A stretch of DNA of 32,000 nucleotides from contig NZ_QCXS01000003.1 in the NCBI RefSeq assembly GCF_003260015.1, forward strand, positions 206,315 to 238,314. The letters are read 5' to 3'. Both the position numbers and the translations under genes were made by a program. This DNA is from Nakamurella deserti. GTDB lineage: Bacteria > Actinomycetota > Actinomycetes > Mycobacteriales > Nakamurellaceae. Below are positions 10,424-19,584 of this stretch, piece by piece; within the stretch, counting starts at the first letter, position 1; each line of letters begins with the position of its first letter. The notes beneath the pieces were generated by a model. The model was not told the origin of the DNA. It did not search any database and saw nothing but the letters and a program-made list of their open reading frames with translations.

Positions 10424-11427
10424 CAGTAGCCCAGGTTCCGCAGTCGGGGCAGCACCTCGGCGCCGTACAGCTTCAGGAACTTCGCCTGGTCCGGCCCGGG
10501 GGCGTGGAACACCAGGTGCTTGAACCCGAGATCGAGGTAGTGCCGGATCTTCTCGACGTGCTCGTCCGGGTCGGTGGACACGATCCAGCGGGACGCGGCC
10601 CGCTCCACCGGCAACGCGTCGGCCAGCCGCTGCATCTCGATCGGATCCTCCACGCCGGTCTTCTCCTCCGGCGACAACGCCAGCGCACCCCAGTACGTGG
10701 TGTCGTTCAGTGCGGCGTCGCGGTCGTGGTCGAAGCTGACCTTCATCTCCATCAGCAGGTCCATGTCGTCCAGGGTCCGGTCGACCTTCGCCGCCCCCTC
10801 CGCCAACGCCGGCAGCAGGGTGTCGCGGTAGAGCGAGTCCGCCTTGCCCGACGTGGTGATGAACCCGTCCGCCACGCGGCCGGCCAGCCGGGTCGCCGCC
10901 GGACCGGACGCACCGACGTACAGCGGCACCGGCGTCTCCGGGCGGTCGTAGATGGTCGCCTTGTCCGTCGAGTAGAACGTGCCCTCGAAGTCGACCCGCT
11001 CGTCGGCCCACAACGCCTTGATCAGCGTGATGGCCTCCTTCATCCGGGCGAACCGCTCCTTGCCGTCCGGCCACTCGAGACCCAACGGCACCTCGTTGAG
11101 CGACTCCCCCGACCCCACTCCCAGGATGACCCGGCCCGGGTAAAGCATCCCCAACGTCGCGAACGCCTGGGCGATCACCGCCGGGTGGTAGCGGAACGTC
11201 GGGGTCAGCACCGAGGTCCCGATCACGATGCGTTCCGTCCGGGCCCCCAAGGCACCCAGCCACGGCAACGCCGCCGGCGCATGCCCACCGTCGTGCCGCC
11301 ACGGCTGCAGATGATCGGACACGAACACCGAATCGAAGCCCTGCTCCTCGGCCAGAACGCCGTACCCCAACAGCTCCGACGGCCCGAACTGCTCGGCAGA
11401 AGCTTTGTATCCCAGACGGATCGGCAC
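10423..11427 (-). CDS. fgd: F420-dependent glucose-6-phosphate dehydrogenase
   Basis: Near-colinear similarity, from memory, to M. tuberculosis Fgd1 (Rv0407): [76 protein letters not shown] 11427 with GAAGGTG 5-6 nt upstream. Confidence 0.92.
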   Translation of the reverse strand: MPIRLGYKASAEQFGPSELLGYGVLAEEQGFDSVFVSDHLQPWRHDGGHAPAALPWLGALGARTERIVIGTSVLTPTFRYHPAVIAQAFATLGMLYPGRVILGVGSGESLNEVPLGLEWPDGKERFARMKEAITLIKALWADERVDFEGTFYSTDKATIYDRPETPVPLYVGASGPAATRLAGRVADGFITTSGKADSLYRDTLLPALAEGAAKVDRTLDDMDLLMEMKVSFDHDRDAALNDTTYWGALALSPEEKTGVEDPIEMQRLADALPVERAASRWIVSTDPDEHVEKIRHYLDLGFKHLVFHAPGPDQAKFLKLYGAEVLPRLRNLGY

Positions 11428-11527
11428 CGCACACCTTCTCTCTCGAACCACTCCGGCCACCCTACGACCGGGCACCGACCGCTCCGGCCGCAGGTTGCCG
11501 GACCCGATGCCGGGGCCCCCGAACGGA

Positions 11528-11561
11528 CCGGAGGCCGGCCCCCTCGGGGACCGGCCTCCGG
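11528..11561 (-). terminator. strong GC hairpin between the ABC-transporter genes and fgd
   Basis: ccggaggccggcccc / ggggaccggcctccgg: a ~15-bp stem with one bulged A and a 3-nt loop, starting 12 nt past the stop of the substrate-binding-protein gene. No clear U-tract. Confidence 0.5.
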
Positions 11562-11572
11562 TGCGGCTCGGC

Positions 11573-12799
11573 TCAGTTGCCGCCGGCGTTGAGCGTCACC
11601 TCGATCGGCGCGAAGTTCTCGCCCGTGGTGTCCAGGCCCATCTCCTCCAGCGCCGCCAGCGCCTTCTCGGTGTACTCGTTCGTGTAGGCCTCCGCGTCGG
11701 GCGCCTTGGTCAGCACGGTGTCGCCGTCGGCGTTCTTGGTGCCCTGCGCGACCTCGACGGTCTGCTTCCAGGCCTCCTCGTCGACCATCCCGATGCCGTC
11801 GGTGGACGGCCAGATGAGCTGGTTGACCTCGTTCATCTGCCACAGCTGGTGCGACGCCCCCAGCTTCGACCCGGCGGCGACCACGATGTCGCGGCACTCC
11901 TCCGGGTTCTCGGCGCAGAAGATCCAACCCTGGTAGCTGGCGGTCAGGAACTTGACCGTCGTCTCCTGGTAGGCCGCGTCGTCGGCGAGCCGCGCGGTGT
12001 CGGCCCAGATCGCGTCCTGGAGCATCGCGGTGCCCTCGGTGTTCCAGTCGATGACGTTGAAGTCGTCGGCGGTGTACAGCTCACCGGTGTCGGGGTTCTC
12101 GGCCTCGAGCACCTGTGCGTACTCGTTGTAGATCATCGCCTGGGCGGCGTCGATGTCGCCGCTGAGCAGCCCGTTCATGTCGAACTGCTGCTGGGTCAGC
12201 TGGACGTCGGCGGCCGGGTCGAGGCCCGCCTTGGTCATCCCGGCGAACAGCTCGAACTCGTTGCCGTAGCCCCAGTTCCCGACCACCTTGTCGCGCAGGT
12301 CGGCCGCGCCGGTGATGTTCTTGTCCTTGAAGGACACCTGGCGGGTACCCGACTTCTGGAACACCTGACCGACGTCGGTGATGGCCGCACCCTGCTCCCG
12401 GGACTGCAGCGCCTTGGGCACCCAGGCGATGGCGTAGTCGGCCTGGCCACCGGCGAGCACGGTCTGCGGGACGATGTCCGCGCCACCCTGCAGGATCTCC
12501 ACGTTCAGGCCCTGCGCCTCGTAGAAGCCCTGGTCGAGGGCGGCGATGTACCCGGCGAACTGGGCCTGGGTGAACCACTGCAGCTGCAGCTTGACGTCGG
12601 TCGTGGCGCCGGAGCCGCCGCCGGCGGTGTCCGGGGCGCTGGTCTGCCCGGAGGCGTTCATCGTCCCCGAGACGGCGGGGCTGGTGCTGGTCGCGGTGGC
12701 GGCCGGGGTACCGGCCGGATCGCTGCTGCCACAGGCGGCGAGTACGAACAGACCGGCGGCGGCGGTGGCGGCGCCGATCGTCTTTCCGAGGCGGTGCAT
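11573..12799 (-). CDS. ABC transporter substrate-binding lipoprotein, NMT1/THI5-like (NitT/TauT family)
   Basis: ATG 12799 with AGGAGA 5 nt upstream. Signal peptide plus lipobox (LFVLAAC|GSS) and a Ser/Thr/Ala linker. The mature domain (LQLQWFTQAQFAGYIAALDQGFYEAQGLNVEI...) resembles the NMT1/ThiY/SsuA fold. The 926-aa track ORF is an upstream extension. Confidence 0.85.
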   Translation of the reverse strand: MHRLGKTIGAATAAAGLFVLAACGSSDPAGTPAATATSTSPAVSGTMNASGQTSAPDTAGGGSGATTDVKLQLQWFTQAQFAGYIAALDQGFYEAQGLNVEILQGGADIVPQTVLAGGQADYAIAWVPKALQSREQGAAITDVGQVFQKSGTRQVSFKDKNITGAADLRDKVVGNWGYGNEFELFAGMTKAGLDPAADVQLTQQQFDMNGLLSGDIDAAQAMIYNEYAQVLEAENPDTGELYTADDFNVIDWNTEGTAMLQDAIWADTARLADDAAYQETTVKFLTASYQGWIFCAENPEECRDIVVAAGSKLGASHQLWQMNEVNQLIWPSTDGIGMVDEEAWKQTVEVAQGTKNADGDTVLTKAPDAEAYTNEYTEKALAALEEMGLDTTGENFAPIEVTLNAGGN

Positions 12800-12891
12800 C
12801 GGTATCTCCTGACGGGTGGGGGCGAGGGACGGTGCGGGGTGTGACGGGCGGTGCGGCGGTGCGGGGCGGTGCGGGGGGTGCCGGGGGCGGG

Positions 12892-13659
12892 TCAGCGGAC
12901 GTCGACCCGGCCGCGGGTGGCGAGCCGCTCGACGAGCAGCGCGACGACGTAGAACAGCAGCCCGAGCAGGACGGCGCCGAGCACCGACGCCCATGCGCGC
13001 GGGTAGTTGGTGGCGGCGACGGCGGACGTGATCCGCGCACCGAGCCCGTTCTGCAGGCCACCGAAGTACTCGGTGACGACGGCGGCGATGACCGACAGCG
13101 ACGCCGCGATCCGCAGCCCGGTGAAGAAGTACGGCAGGGCGCCGGGGATCCGGACCGTGCGCAGGACGGCCCAGCCGGACGCGGCGTAGCTGGCCATCAG
13201 TTCGGCGTGCACCGGACTGATCCGTTTCAGACCGCGGACGACGTTCATGAAGACCGGCACGAAGGCGCTGATGCCGACGACGAGCTGCCGGGGCAGCGCC
13301 GAGGTCGACGGGTAGAGGATGTTCAGCAGCGGCGCCAGCGCGACGATCGGGATGGTGGCCAGCGCGGCGACCAGCGGGGTGAACATCTCGTCGAGCACCC
13401 GCAGGCGCACCACAACCGCGGCGAACAGCAGCGCCGCGAGGGTCCCGCCGACCAGGCCGACGAGGGCGTTGAGCCCGGTGTTGCGGGCGGCCGTGGCGAT
13501 CCGCGGGGCGTCGTTGACGAAGGCCGTCCAGATCGCGCCCGGCGACGGCAGCACGTAGGCCTGGATGTTCCCGACCTGCACCAGGGCCTGCCAGGCGAGC
13601 AGGAACAGCACGCCGAAGACGACCGGTGGCGCGATCGACCGGGTCGCGGAGCGCAGCAT
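12892..13659 (-). CDS. ABC transporter permease (NitT/TauT family)
   Basis: 255 aa, 6 predicted TM helices, BPD-type permease layout. Start is adjacent to the ATPase stop (TAGATG). Confidence 0.9.
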   Translation of the reverse strand: MLRSATRSIAPPVVFGVLFLLAWQALVQVGNIQAYVLPSPGAIWTAFVNDAPRIATAARNTGLNALVGLVGGTLAALLFAAVVVRLRVLDEMFTPLVAALATIPIVALAPLLNILYPSTSALPRQLVVGISAFVPVFMNVVRGLKRISPVHAELMASYAASGWAVLRTVRIPGALPYFFTGLRIAASLSVIAAVVTEYFGGLQNGLGARITSAVAATNYPRAWASVLGAVLLGLLFYVVALLVERLATRGRVDVR

Positions 13660-14520
13660 CTACAACGCTCCCGCGGCACCGGGGTGCGCGCCGTCGGACA
13701 TCTCGCGTCCGCGCAGCGCCTCCCGGACCTGGGTGATCGCGGTGAAGAAGGCCGGCGACTCGCGCACCTGGGTGCCGCTGGCCATCGAGCCGTCGGCGTG
13801 CTGTCGCAGCCCCACCGGCACGACGGTGGCGATCCGGCCCGGTCGCGGGGACATCACCACGACCCGGTCGGACAGGAACACGGCCTCCGGGATGGAGTGG
13901 GTGACGAACACGACCGCGGCCGACGTCTCGGCGGCGATCCGGACCAGCTCGTCCTGCATGCGCTCGCGGGTCATCTCGTCCAGCGCCCCGAACGGCTCGT
14001 CCATCAGCAGCAGGCCGGGACGCTCCGCCAACGCGCGGGCGATCGCGACGCGCTGCTGCATGCCGCCGGACAGCTGGGGCGGGCGGTGCTTGGCGAAGTC
14101 GGCCAGTCCGACCATCTCCAGCAGCTCCAGGCCGCGGGCGCGGCGCTCCCGGGACCCGACGCCGTGCAGCTCCAGCGGCAGCTCGACGTTGGCCAGCACG
14201 GTGCGCCAGTCGAGCAGGCCCGCCTGCTGGAAGGCGAAGCCGTACTTGCGGCCCAGCCGGGCCTCGCGGGCCGTCTCGCCGCTGACCCGGACGGTGCCGG
14301 TGGTGGCCGGCAGCAGATCCGCGATGATCCGCAGCAGCGTCGACTTGCCGCAACCGGACGGGCCGATCAGCGAGATGAACTCGCCGGCGGGGATGGTCAG
14401 GTCGATGTCGGTCAGCGCGACGACCTGGTTCCGGCCCTTGCCGAAGGTCTTGGTGACCCCGCTGACCTCGACGGCGGCGGCGGCGACCGTCTGCGGTACC
14501 GCTCCGAAAGGTGTGCTCAT
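13660..14520 (-). CDS. ABC transporter ATP-binding protein
   Basis: Walker A GPSGCGKST, signature LSGGMQQR, Walker B LLLMDEPF. ATG 14520 overlaps the upstream permease stop as ATGA. The 618-aa track ORF is an extension. Confidence 0.93.
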   Translation of the reverse strand: MSTPFGAVPQTVAAAAVEVSGVTKTFGKGRNQVVALTDIDLTIPAGEFISLIGPSGCGKSTLLRIIADLLPATTGTVRVSGETAREARLGRKYGFAFQQAGLLDWRTVLANVELPLELHGVGSRERRARGLELLEMVGLADFAKHRPPQLSGGMQQRVAIARALAERPGLLLMDEPFGALDEMTRERMQDELVRIAAETSAAVVFVTHSIPEAVFLSDRVVVMSPRPGRIATVVPVGLRQHADGSMASGTQVRESPAFFTAITQVREALRGREMSDGAHPGAAGAL

Positions 14521-15449
14521 GAGGCGTTCCCCGTCCGTTGGTAGCGGCGCAGGGCCAGGTCGAACAGTGTGACGATGGCGGCGGTGACGAGGCCGAGCGC
14601 GGCCGCCCCGATCACCGCGGTGTACACCCGCGACGGGTCGCCGGTGGCGCCCTGCGAGTAGCTGATGATGAGGCGGCCGATGCCGCCTTCGAGGCCGATG
14701 GAGATCTCCCCGACGACGGTGCCGACGACCGCACCGGCCGCCGCCAACCGCAGTGCCGGCACCAGGAACGGCACCGAGGCCGGCAGCTTCAGCCGCGTCA
14801 GCGTCTGCCACCAGCCGGCGTTGACCGAGCGGAAGTACTCGGTCGGCACGGCACCCGGGGACTTGAGGCCGCGGGCCATGCCGACGGCGACCGGGAAGAA
14901 GGCGAGGTAGCCGGCGATCAGCGACACCGACATCCAGCGCTGCCACTCCAACGGCCCGATCGACAGGCCGTTGCCCCACCCGGTGACGAGTGGGGCCAGG
15001 GCGATCAGCGGGACGGTCTGGCTGAGCACGATCCACGGCAGCAGCGCCCGTTCGAGCACCTGCAGCCGGTCCATCACCAGTGCGAGCCCGAGCCCGACGA
15101 CGACCCCGATGGCGAAGCCGACCCCGGCCCAGAGCAGCGAGTTGCCGGCCGCCGACAGTACCGACTCGAACACCGTCGGCGCCGTGCTGCCGCGGACGAT
15201 GGTCGCGCCGCCGACCTCCTGGGCGCCGAACGCGTCGATCACCGAGGTGACGTGCGGCATCGCGGCATTGCCGGCGCGCGCCCAGATGGGCACCCCGAAC
15301 AGCGTTCCTCCCCGGGCCGGGCCGAGGGACTTGTAGAGCTCCCAGAGGCCGATCAGGACGGCCAGGCCCACGAGCGCCAGCACCGCCTTGCGGGCGTACC
15401 GCAGCGCGGTCATCGGCCGGGCGCCCGGGCCGGTCGTGGAGCCGACCAC
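14517..15449 (-). CDS. ABC transporter permease (second membrane subunit)
   Basis: 310 aa, multiple TM helices, permease-like. Start is GTG 15449 or ATG 15413 (MTALRYARKAV...); neither has a clear SD. Confidence 0.85.
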   Translation of the reverse strand: MVGSTTGPGARPMTALRYARKAVLALVGLAVLIGLWELYKSLGPARGGTLFGVPIWARAGNAAMPHVTSVIDAFGAQEVGGATIVRGSTAPTVFESVLSAAGNSLLWAGVGFAIGVVVGLGLALVMDRLQVLERALLPWIVLSQTVPLIALAPLVTGWGNGLSIGPLEWQRWMSVSLIAGYLAFFPVAVGMARGLKSPGAVPTEYFRSVNAGWWQTLTRLKLPASVPFLVPALRLAAAGAVVGTVVGEISIGLEGGIGRLIISYSQGATGDPSRVYTAVIGAAALGLVTAAIVTLFDLALRRYQRTGNAS

Positions 15450-15651
15450 AACGGGCCGCCGAGGAGCGGGCCACGGTCGACCGGGGCCACCGTCTCCGCA
15501 CCCGGGCCGGTCCCATCGGCGCGGCCGCCGTCCCCCCGGGACCAGGCTCCGGTCGCGCCGTCCAGCGGGCCGGACCCCGCCGCCGTGGTCCGGCCGTCCC
15601 GGTGCGCGCCGCCGAAGCGGGCGCGGAAGACGGCGGTGCTCAGGCCGGGGA

Positions 15652-16683
15652 TCACGTCTTGGCCGCCTTGCGCGTGTTGACGGCCGGGATGACGTGGTCG
15701 CCGTAGGCCGCCAGGGTCTCGGATTTCGCGTCGTGCTGCAGGTACAGCGCGAACTGATCCACCCCCAGTTCGCACAGCTGCGCCAGCCGGTCGACCTGGG
15801 CCTCGACCGGCCCGAGCAGGCAGAAGCGGTCGATGATCTCGTCGGGGACGAAGTTCGTGTGGTCGTTGCCGGCCTTGCCGTGCGAGTTGTAGTCGTAGCC
15901 CTGCCGGCCGGCGATGTAGTCGCTCAGCGCGGCCGGGACCGCGGCACCCTGCGAGCCGTAGCGGGCGACGATGTCGGCGACGTGGTTGCCGACCATCCCG
16001 CCGAACCAGCGGCACTGGTTGCGGGCGTGCTGCAGTCCCGCCTCGGACCCGTCGGTGACGTAGGCGGGTGCGGCGACGCAGATCTTCACCGCGGCCGGGT
16101 CCCGGCCGGCGTCCGCGGCCGCCCTGCGGACGGCGGCGATCGACCAGGCGGTGATGTCGAGGTCGGCGAGCTGCAGGATGAACCCGTCGCCGATCTCCCC
16201 GGTCAGCTGCAGCGCCTTCGGGCCGTACGCGGCGACCCACACGGGCAGCTTCGACCCGACGCTCCACGGGAACTGCAGGGTGTTGCCGTTGTACTCGACG
16301 GCCTCACTGTTGGCCAGACCCCGGATCACGCCGATGCTCTCGCGCAGGGTGGCCAGCGTGGTCGGCCGGCCGTTGGTCACCCGCACCGCGGAGTCACCGC
16401 GTCCGATGCCGCAGATCGTCCGGTTGCCGAACATCTCGTTCAACGTGGCGAACAGCGATGCGGTGACCGTCCAGTCCCGGGTGGCCGGGTTGGTGACCAT
16501 CGGACCGACCGTCACCTTGCGGGTGTTGGCCAGGATCTGCGAGTAGACGACGTACGGCTCCTGCCACAGCAGGTGCGAGTCGAACGTCCACACGTGGCTG
16601 AACCCGAGAAGCTCGGCCTGACGGGCGAACTCGACGATCCGCGCCGCCGGCGGGTCGTTCTGCAGGACTACTCCGAAATCCAC
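15652..16683 (-). CDS. LLM-class F420-dependent oxidoreductase, Mer-like (methylene-H4MPT reductase-like) subfamily
   Basis: 343 aa. GPMVTNPATRDWTVTASLFATLNEMFGNRTICGIGRGDSA closely parallels the Mer core (GPGVTNP...ITASAIATLDEL..GR..LGIG.GD). TIM-barrel luciferase-like layout. GTG 16683 with GAGGAG 5 nt upstream. Substrate unknown. Confidence 0.85.
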   Translation of the reverse strand: MDFGVVLQNDPPAARIVEFARQAELLGFSHVWTFDSHLLWQEPYVVYSQILANTRKVTVGPMVTNPATRDWTVTASLFATLNEMFGNRTICGIGRGDSAVRVTNGRPTTLATLRESIGVIRGLANSEAVEYNGNTLQFPWSVGSKLPVWVAAYGPKALQLTGEIGDGFILQLADLDITAWSIAAVRRAAADAGRDPAAVKICVAAPAYVTDGSEAGLQHARNQCRWFGGMVGNHVADIVARYGSQGAAVPAALSDYIAGRQGYDYNSHGKAGNDHTNFVPDEIIDRFCLLGPVEAQVDRLAQLCELGVDQFALYLQHDAKSETLAAYGDHVIPAVNTRKAAKT

Positions 16684-16859
16684 AGTTGCTCCTCGGTCGA
16701 GGTCGTTCGCCGGAGCCGGAGATCACCACGGTCGACGGGCGGGACCGGGGAACAGCGAAGGAGCCGATCCACGGTCGTGTTCGTGCCGACGGCGCAGCCG
16801 GCGCGCATGCTGGCCGCGGCGCCGACGGACACATCTCGGTCGAGGAGCACTGACGGCCC

Positions 16860-18269
16860 CTAGACGAGGTTCTGCGAGAGGGAGCGCTTCACGAACCGGC
16901 CGTGGCCCTTGTGGCCGACGTAGCCGGTCTCGTCCTTGACAACGGTGCCGCGGGAGAGCACCACGTCGACGTGACCGTCGATCTCGTAGCCCTCCCAGGC
17001 CGAGTAGTCCATGTTCATGTGGTGGGTCTTGCCGAGGCCGATGCTGGTGTGGCCGTTCGGGTCGTAGACGACGATGTCGGCGTCGGCCCCGGGGGCGATG
17101 ACGCCCTTGCGCCCGTAGAGCCCGAACATCCGGGCCGGGGTGGTGCAGCAGACGTCGACCCACTTCTCGAGGCTGATCCGGCCGTCCTTGACGCCCTGGT
17201 ACAGCAGGTCCATCCGGTGCTCGACGGAGCCGATCCCGTTGGGGATCTTCGCGAAGTTGCCGATCCCCAGCTCCTTCTGGTCCTTCATGCAGAACGGGCA
17301 GTGGTCGGTGGACACCGTGGTCACGTCCCCGGTCCGGATGTAGCGCCACAGGTCGTCCTGGTGACCCTCCGCCCGGGAGCGCAGCGGGGTCGAACACACC
17401 CACTTCGCCCCCTCGAAGCCGGGTGCGCCGAGGTTGTCCTCCAGCGAGAGGTACAGGTACTGCGGGCACGTCTCGCCGAAGACGTTCTGCCCGGCGTTAC
17501 GGGCCTCGGCGATCCGGGCCAGCGCCTGCTTGGCCGAGACGTGCACGACATACAGTGGCGCGCCGGTGATGTCGGCGAGCATGACGGCCCGGTGGGTGGC
17601 TTCCTGCTCGGTCTGCCACGGCCGGGTGACACCGTGGTAGTAGGGCGAGGTCTCGCCGCGCGCGAGCGCCTGCTGGACGAGGACGTCGATGGCCGAACCG
17701 TTCTCGGCGTGCATCATGATGAGACTGCCGTTGCCGGCGGCTTTCTGCATGGCCTGCAGGATCTGCCCGTCGGACGACAGGAACACCCCGGGATAGGCCA
17801 TGAACAGCTTGAAGCTGGTGATGCCCTCGTCGATGAGCTCGTCCATCGCGGCCAGCGAGGCGTCGTTCACCTCGCCGATGATCTGGTGGAAGGCGTAGTC
17901 GACGGCGCAGTTGCCGGCGGCCTTGTCGTGCCACAGCTGGACCTGGTCCTGGACGCGTTGCCCGTGGGCCTGCACGACGAAGTCGACGATGGTGGTGGTA
18001 CCACCCCACGCCGCGGCGCGGGTGCCGGTCTCGAAGGTGTCGGAGGCCTCGGTCCCGCCGAACGGCATCTGCATGTGGGTGTGGGCGTCGATGCCACCGG
18101 GGATGACGTACTTCCCGGCCGCGTCGATGACGGTGTCCGCGGTGATCGGGCCCAGGGCGGACGTGCCCGGCGCCAGCACGGCGGCGATGGTCTCGCCGTC
18201 GACCAGCACGTCGGCACGCACCGAGCCGGTGGCACTCACGACGGTGCCGTTGGTGATCAGGGTGGTCAT
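16860..18269 (-). CDS. hydA: dihydropyrimidinase / D-hydantoinase
   Basis: 469 aa cyclic amidohydrolase: GGIDAHTHMQMPFGGT (HxH metal site), SFKLFMAY (carboxylated Lys), MMHAENG, VVHVS, STDHCPF. Confidence 0.93.
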   Translation of the reverse strand: MTTLITNGTVVSATGSVRADVLVDGETIAAVLAPGTSALGPITADTVIDAAGKYVIPGGIDAHTHMQMPFGGTEASDTFETGTRAAAWGGTTTIVDFVVQAHGQRVQDQVQLWHDKAAGNCAVDYAFHQIIGEVNDASLAAMDELIDEGITSFKLFMAYPGVFLSSDGQILQAMQKAAGNGSLIMMHAENGSAIDVLVQQALARGETSPYYHGVTRPWQTEQEATHRAVMLADITGAPLYVVHVSAKQALARIAEARNAGQNVFGETCPQYLYLSLEDNLGAPGFEGAKWVCSTPLRSRAEGHQDDLWRYIRTGDVTTVSTDHCPFCMKDQKELGIGNFAKIPNGIGSVEHRMDLLYQGVKDGRISLEKWVDVCCTTPARMFGLYGRKGVIAPGADADIVVYDPNGHTSIGLGKTHHMNMDYSAWEGYEIDGHVDVVLSRGTVVKDETGYVGHKGHGRFVKRSLSQNLV

Positions 18270-18378
18270 GACTCACTCACTCCATCTCGGGGACGCCGGG
18301 TCCTGGCGGTTCCTCCCGGACGGCGGGAGGCACGCGCCGGGATCCGGCTGGGGAGGGCTCGGTCGGGGTGGAGCGCGG

Positions 18379-19227
18379 TCAGGGGGTGGTGGTCTTCGTG
18401 TACGACTCGGGGCGGCGGTCGCGGTAGAACTGCCAGTCGTTGCGGGCCTGGGTGATCTCGTCCAGGTCGAGGTCGCGGATGACGATCTCCTCCCGGTCCT
18501 GCGAGGCCACCTCCCCGACGTACACCCCGCGTGGCCCGACGAAGTAGGACGAGCCGTAGAAGGTGACGGCGTCGTCGCCGAACTCCTCGGTCTCGGTGCC
18601 GATGCGGTTGTTGGCGGCGATGAAGTACTGGTTGTTGGCGGCGGCGGCCGGCTGCTCGATCTCCCAGAGCCGGTTGGACAGGCCCGGTTTCGTCGCCGAC
18701 GGGTTGAACACGATCTGCGCGTTGTTCAGGCCGAGCTCACGCCAGCCCTCCGGGAAGTGCCGGTCGTAGCAGATGTAGACGCCGACCCGGCCGACCGCGG
18801 TCGGGAACACCGGGTAGCCCAGGTTCCCCGGGCGGAAGTAGAACTTCTCCCAGAACTGCGGCAGGTTGGGGATGTGGTGCTTGCGGTAGGAGCCGAGCAC
18901 GGTGCCGTCGGCGTCGATGACCACCGCGGTGTTGTAGTACTCCCCCTCGTTGGCCACCTCGTAGATGGGCAGCACGATGACGAGGTGCAGTTCCTTCGCG
19001 AGGGCGGCGAACCGCTGGACGGTGGGACCGTCGACCGGCTCGGTGTAGGCGTAGTACTTCTGGTCGGTCCGGATGCCGAAGTAGGGACCGTAGAACAATT
19101 CCTGGAATCCGATGATCTGCACGCCCTGCGCGGCGGCGTCGCGGGCCAGCTGCTCGTGTCGGTCGATCATCGATTCCTTGTCACCGGTCCAGGCGACCTG
19201 GGTGATGGCGGCTCGTACGACGGTCAT
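18379..19227 (-). CDS. beta-ureidopropionase-type carbon-nitrogen hydrolase (nitrilase superfamily)
   Basis: Glu-Lys-Cys triad contexts FQELF, YRKHHIP and ICYDRHFPE. IVFNPSAT...LWEIE..AAAANN...NRIGTE...FYGSSYF parallels eukaryote-type beta-ureidopropionase. ATG 19227 with GAAGGAG 5 nt upstream; the 304-aa track ORF starts too early. Confidence 0.85.
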   Translation of the reverse strand: MTVVRAAITQVAWTGDKESMIDRHEQLARDAAAQGVQIIGFQELFYGPYFGIRTDQKYYAYTEPVDGPTVQRFAALAKELHLVIVLPIYEVANEGEYYNTAVVIDADGTVLGSYRKHHIPNLPQFWEKFYFRPGNLGYPVFPTAVGRVGVYICYDRHFPEGWRELGLNNAQIVFNPSATKPGLSNRLWEIEQPAAAANNQYFIAANNRIGTETEEFGDDAVTFYGSSYFVGPRGVYVGEVASQDREEIVIRDLDLDEITQARNDWQFYRDRRPESYTKTTTP

Positions 19228-19584
19228 CGGAACTCCTTCATCGGACGCACTGCGGTACGGGGGAACCACGGTGGCACTCACGGGTGACGGCACTGCCTCG
19301 ACGCGCGCACCTCGGTCCCTCGCGTCTCCCGGCCACCGGTCCGACCGGATCGAGCGGCGGGAGACAGTGATCGTGAGGGATCAAGATTGCCTGACTATAA
19401 ACACCGGACCCCGAATGTTTCCGGCGGATGACCGCCGGACGCCGTCAACCCTGCACCGTCTACGCAGCGTGCCGGGGACGGCACCCGCGCCCACCGGTTG
19501 GCGTCCGCTGGACGAAATCGACGGCACGAAAACGTCCGCCCGCCCCCGTGTCGCGGGTGCATCCGCCGTCGTAGGGTCGGGTGC

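Noticed and set aside
7673-10429. Long antisense shadow ORFs, for example 7673..10429 (+), 4273..5970 (+), 12832..14544 (+), 16902..18455 (+), 17911..19287 (+), 19381..21426 (-), 6191..7609 (-) and 22493..23458 (+)
   Set aside because: Each lies opposite a gene with unmistakable homology. They have Arg/Gly/His/Pro/Asp-dominated low-information composition and no recognisable motifs. This is a typical artefact of stop-codon depletion in GC-rich DNA.
7724-11434. 1236-aa ORF that looks like a giant fusion protein spanning fbiC and the fgd region
   Set aside because: Homology to FbiC begins at [13 protein letters not shown] (ATG 10423). The upstream 337 codons are an open frame over the fgd gene in a different frame, with Arg/Gly/Pro-rich junk composition. 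Stop-free frames are expected at this GC content.
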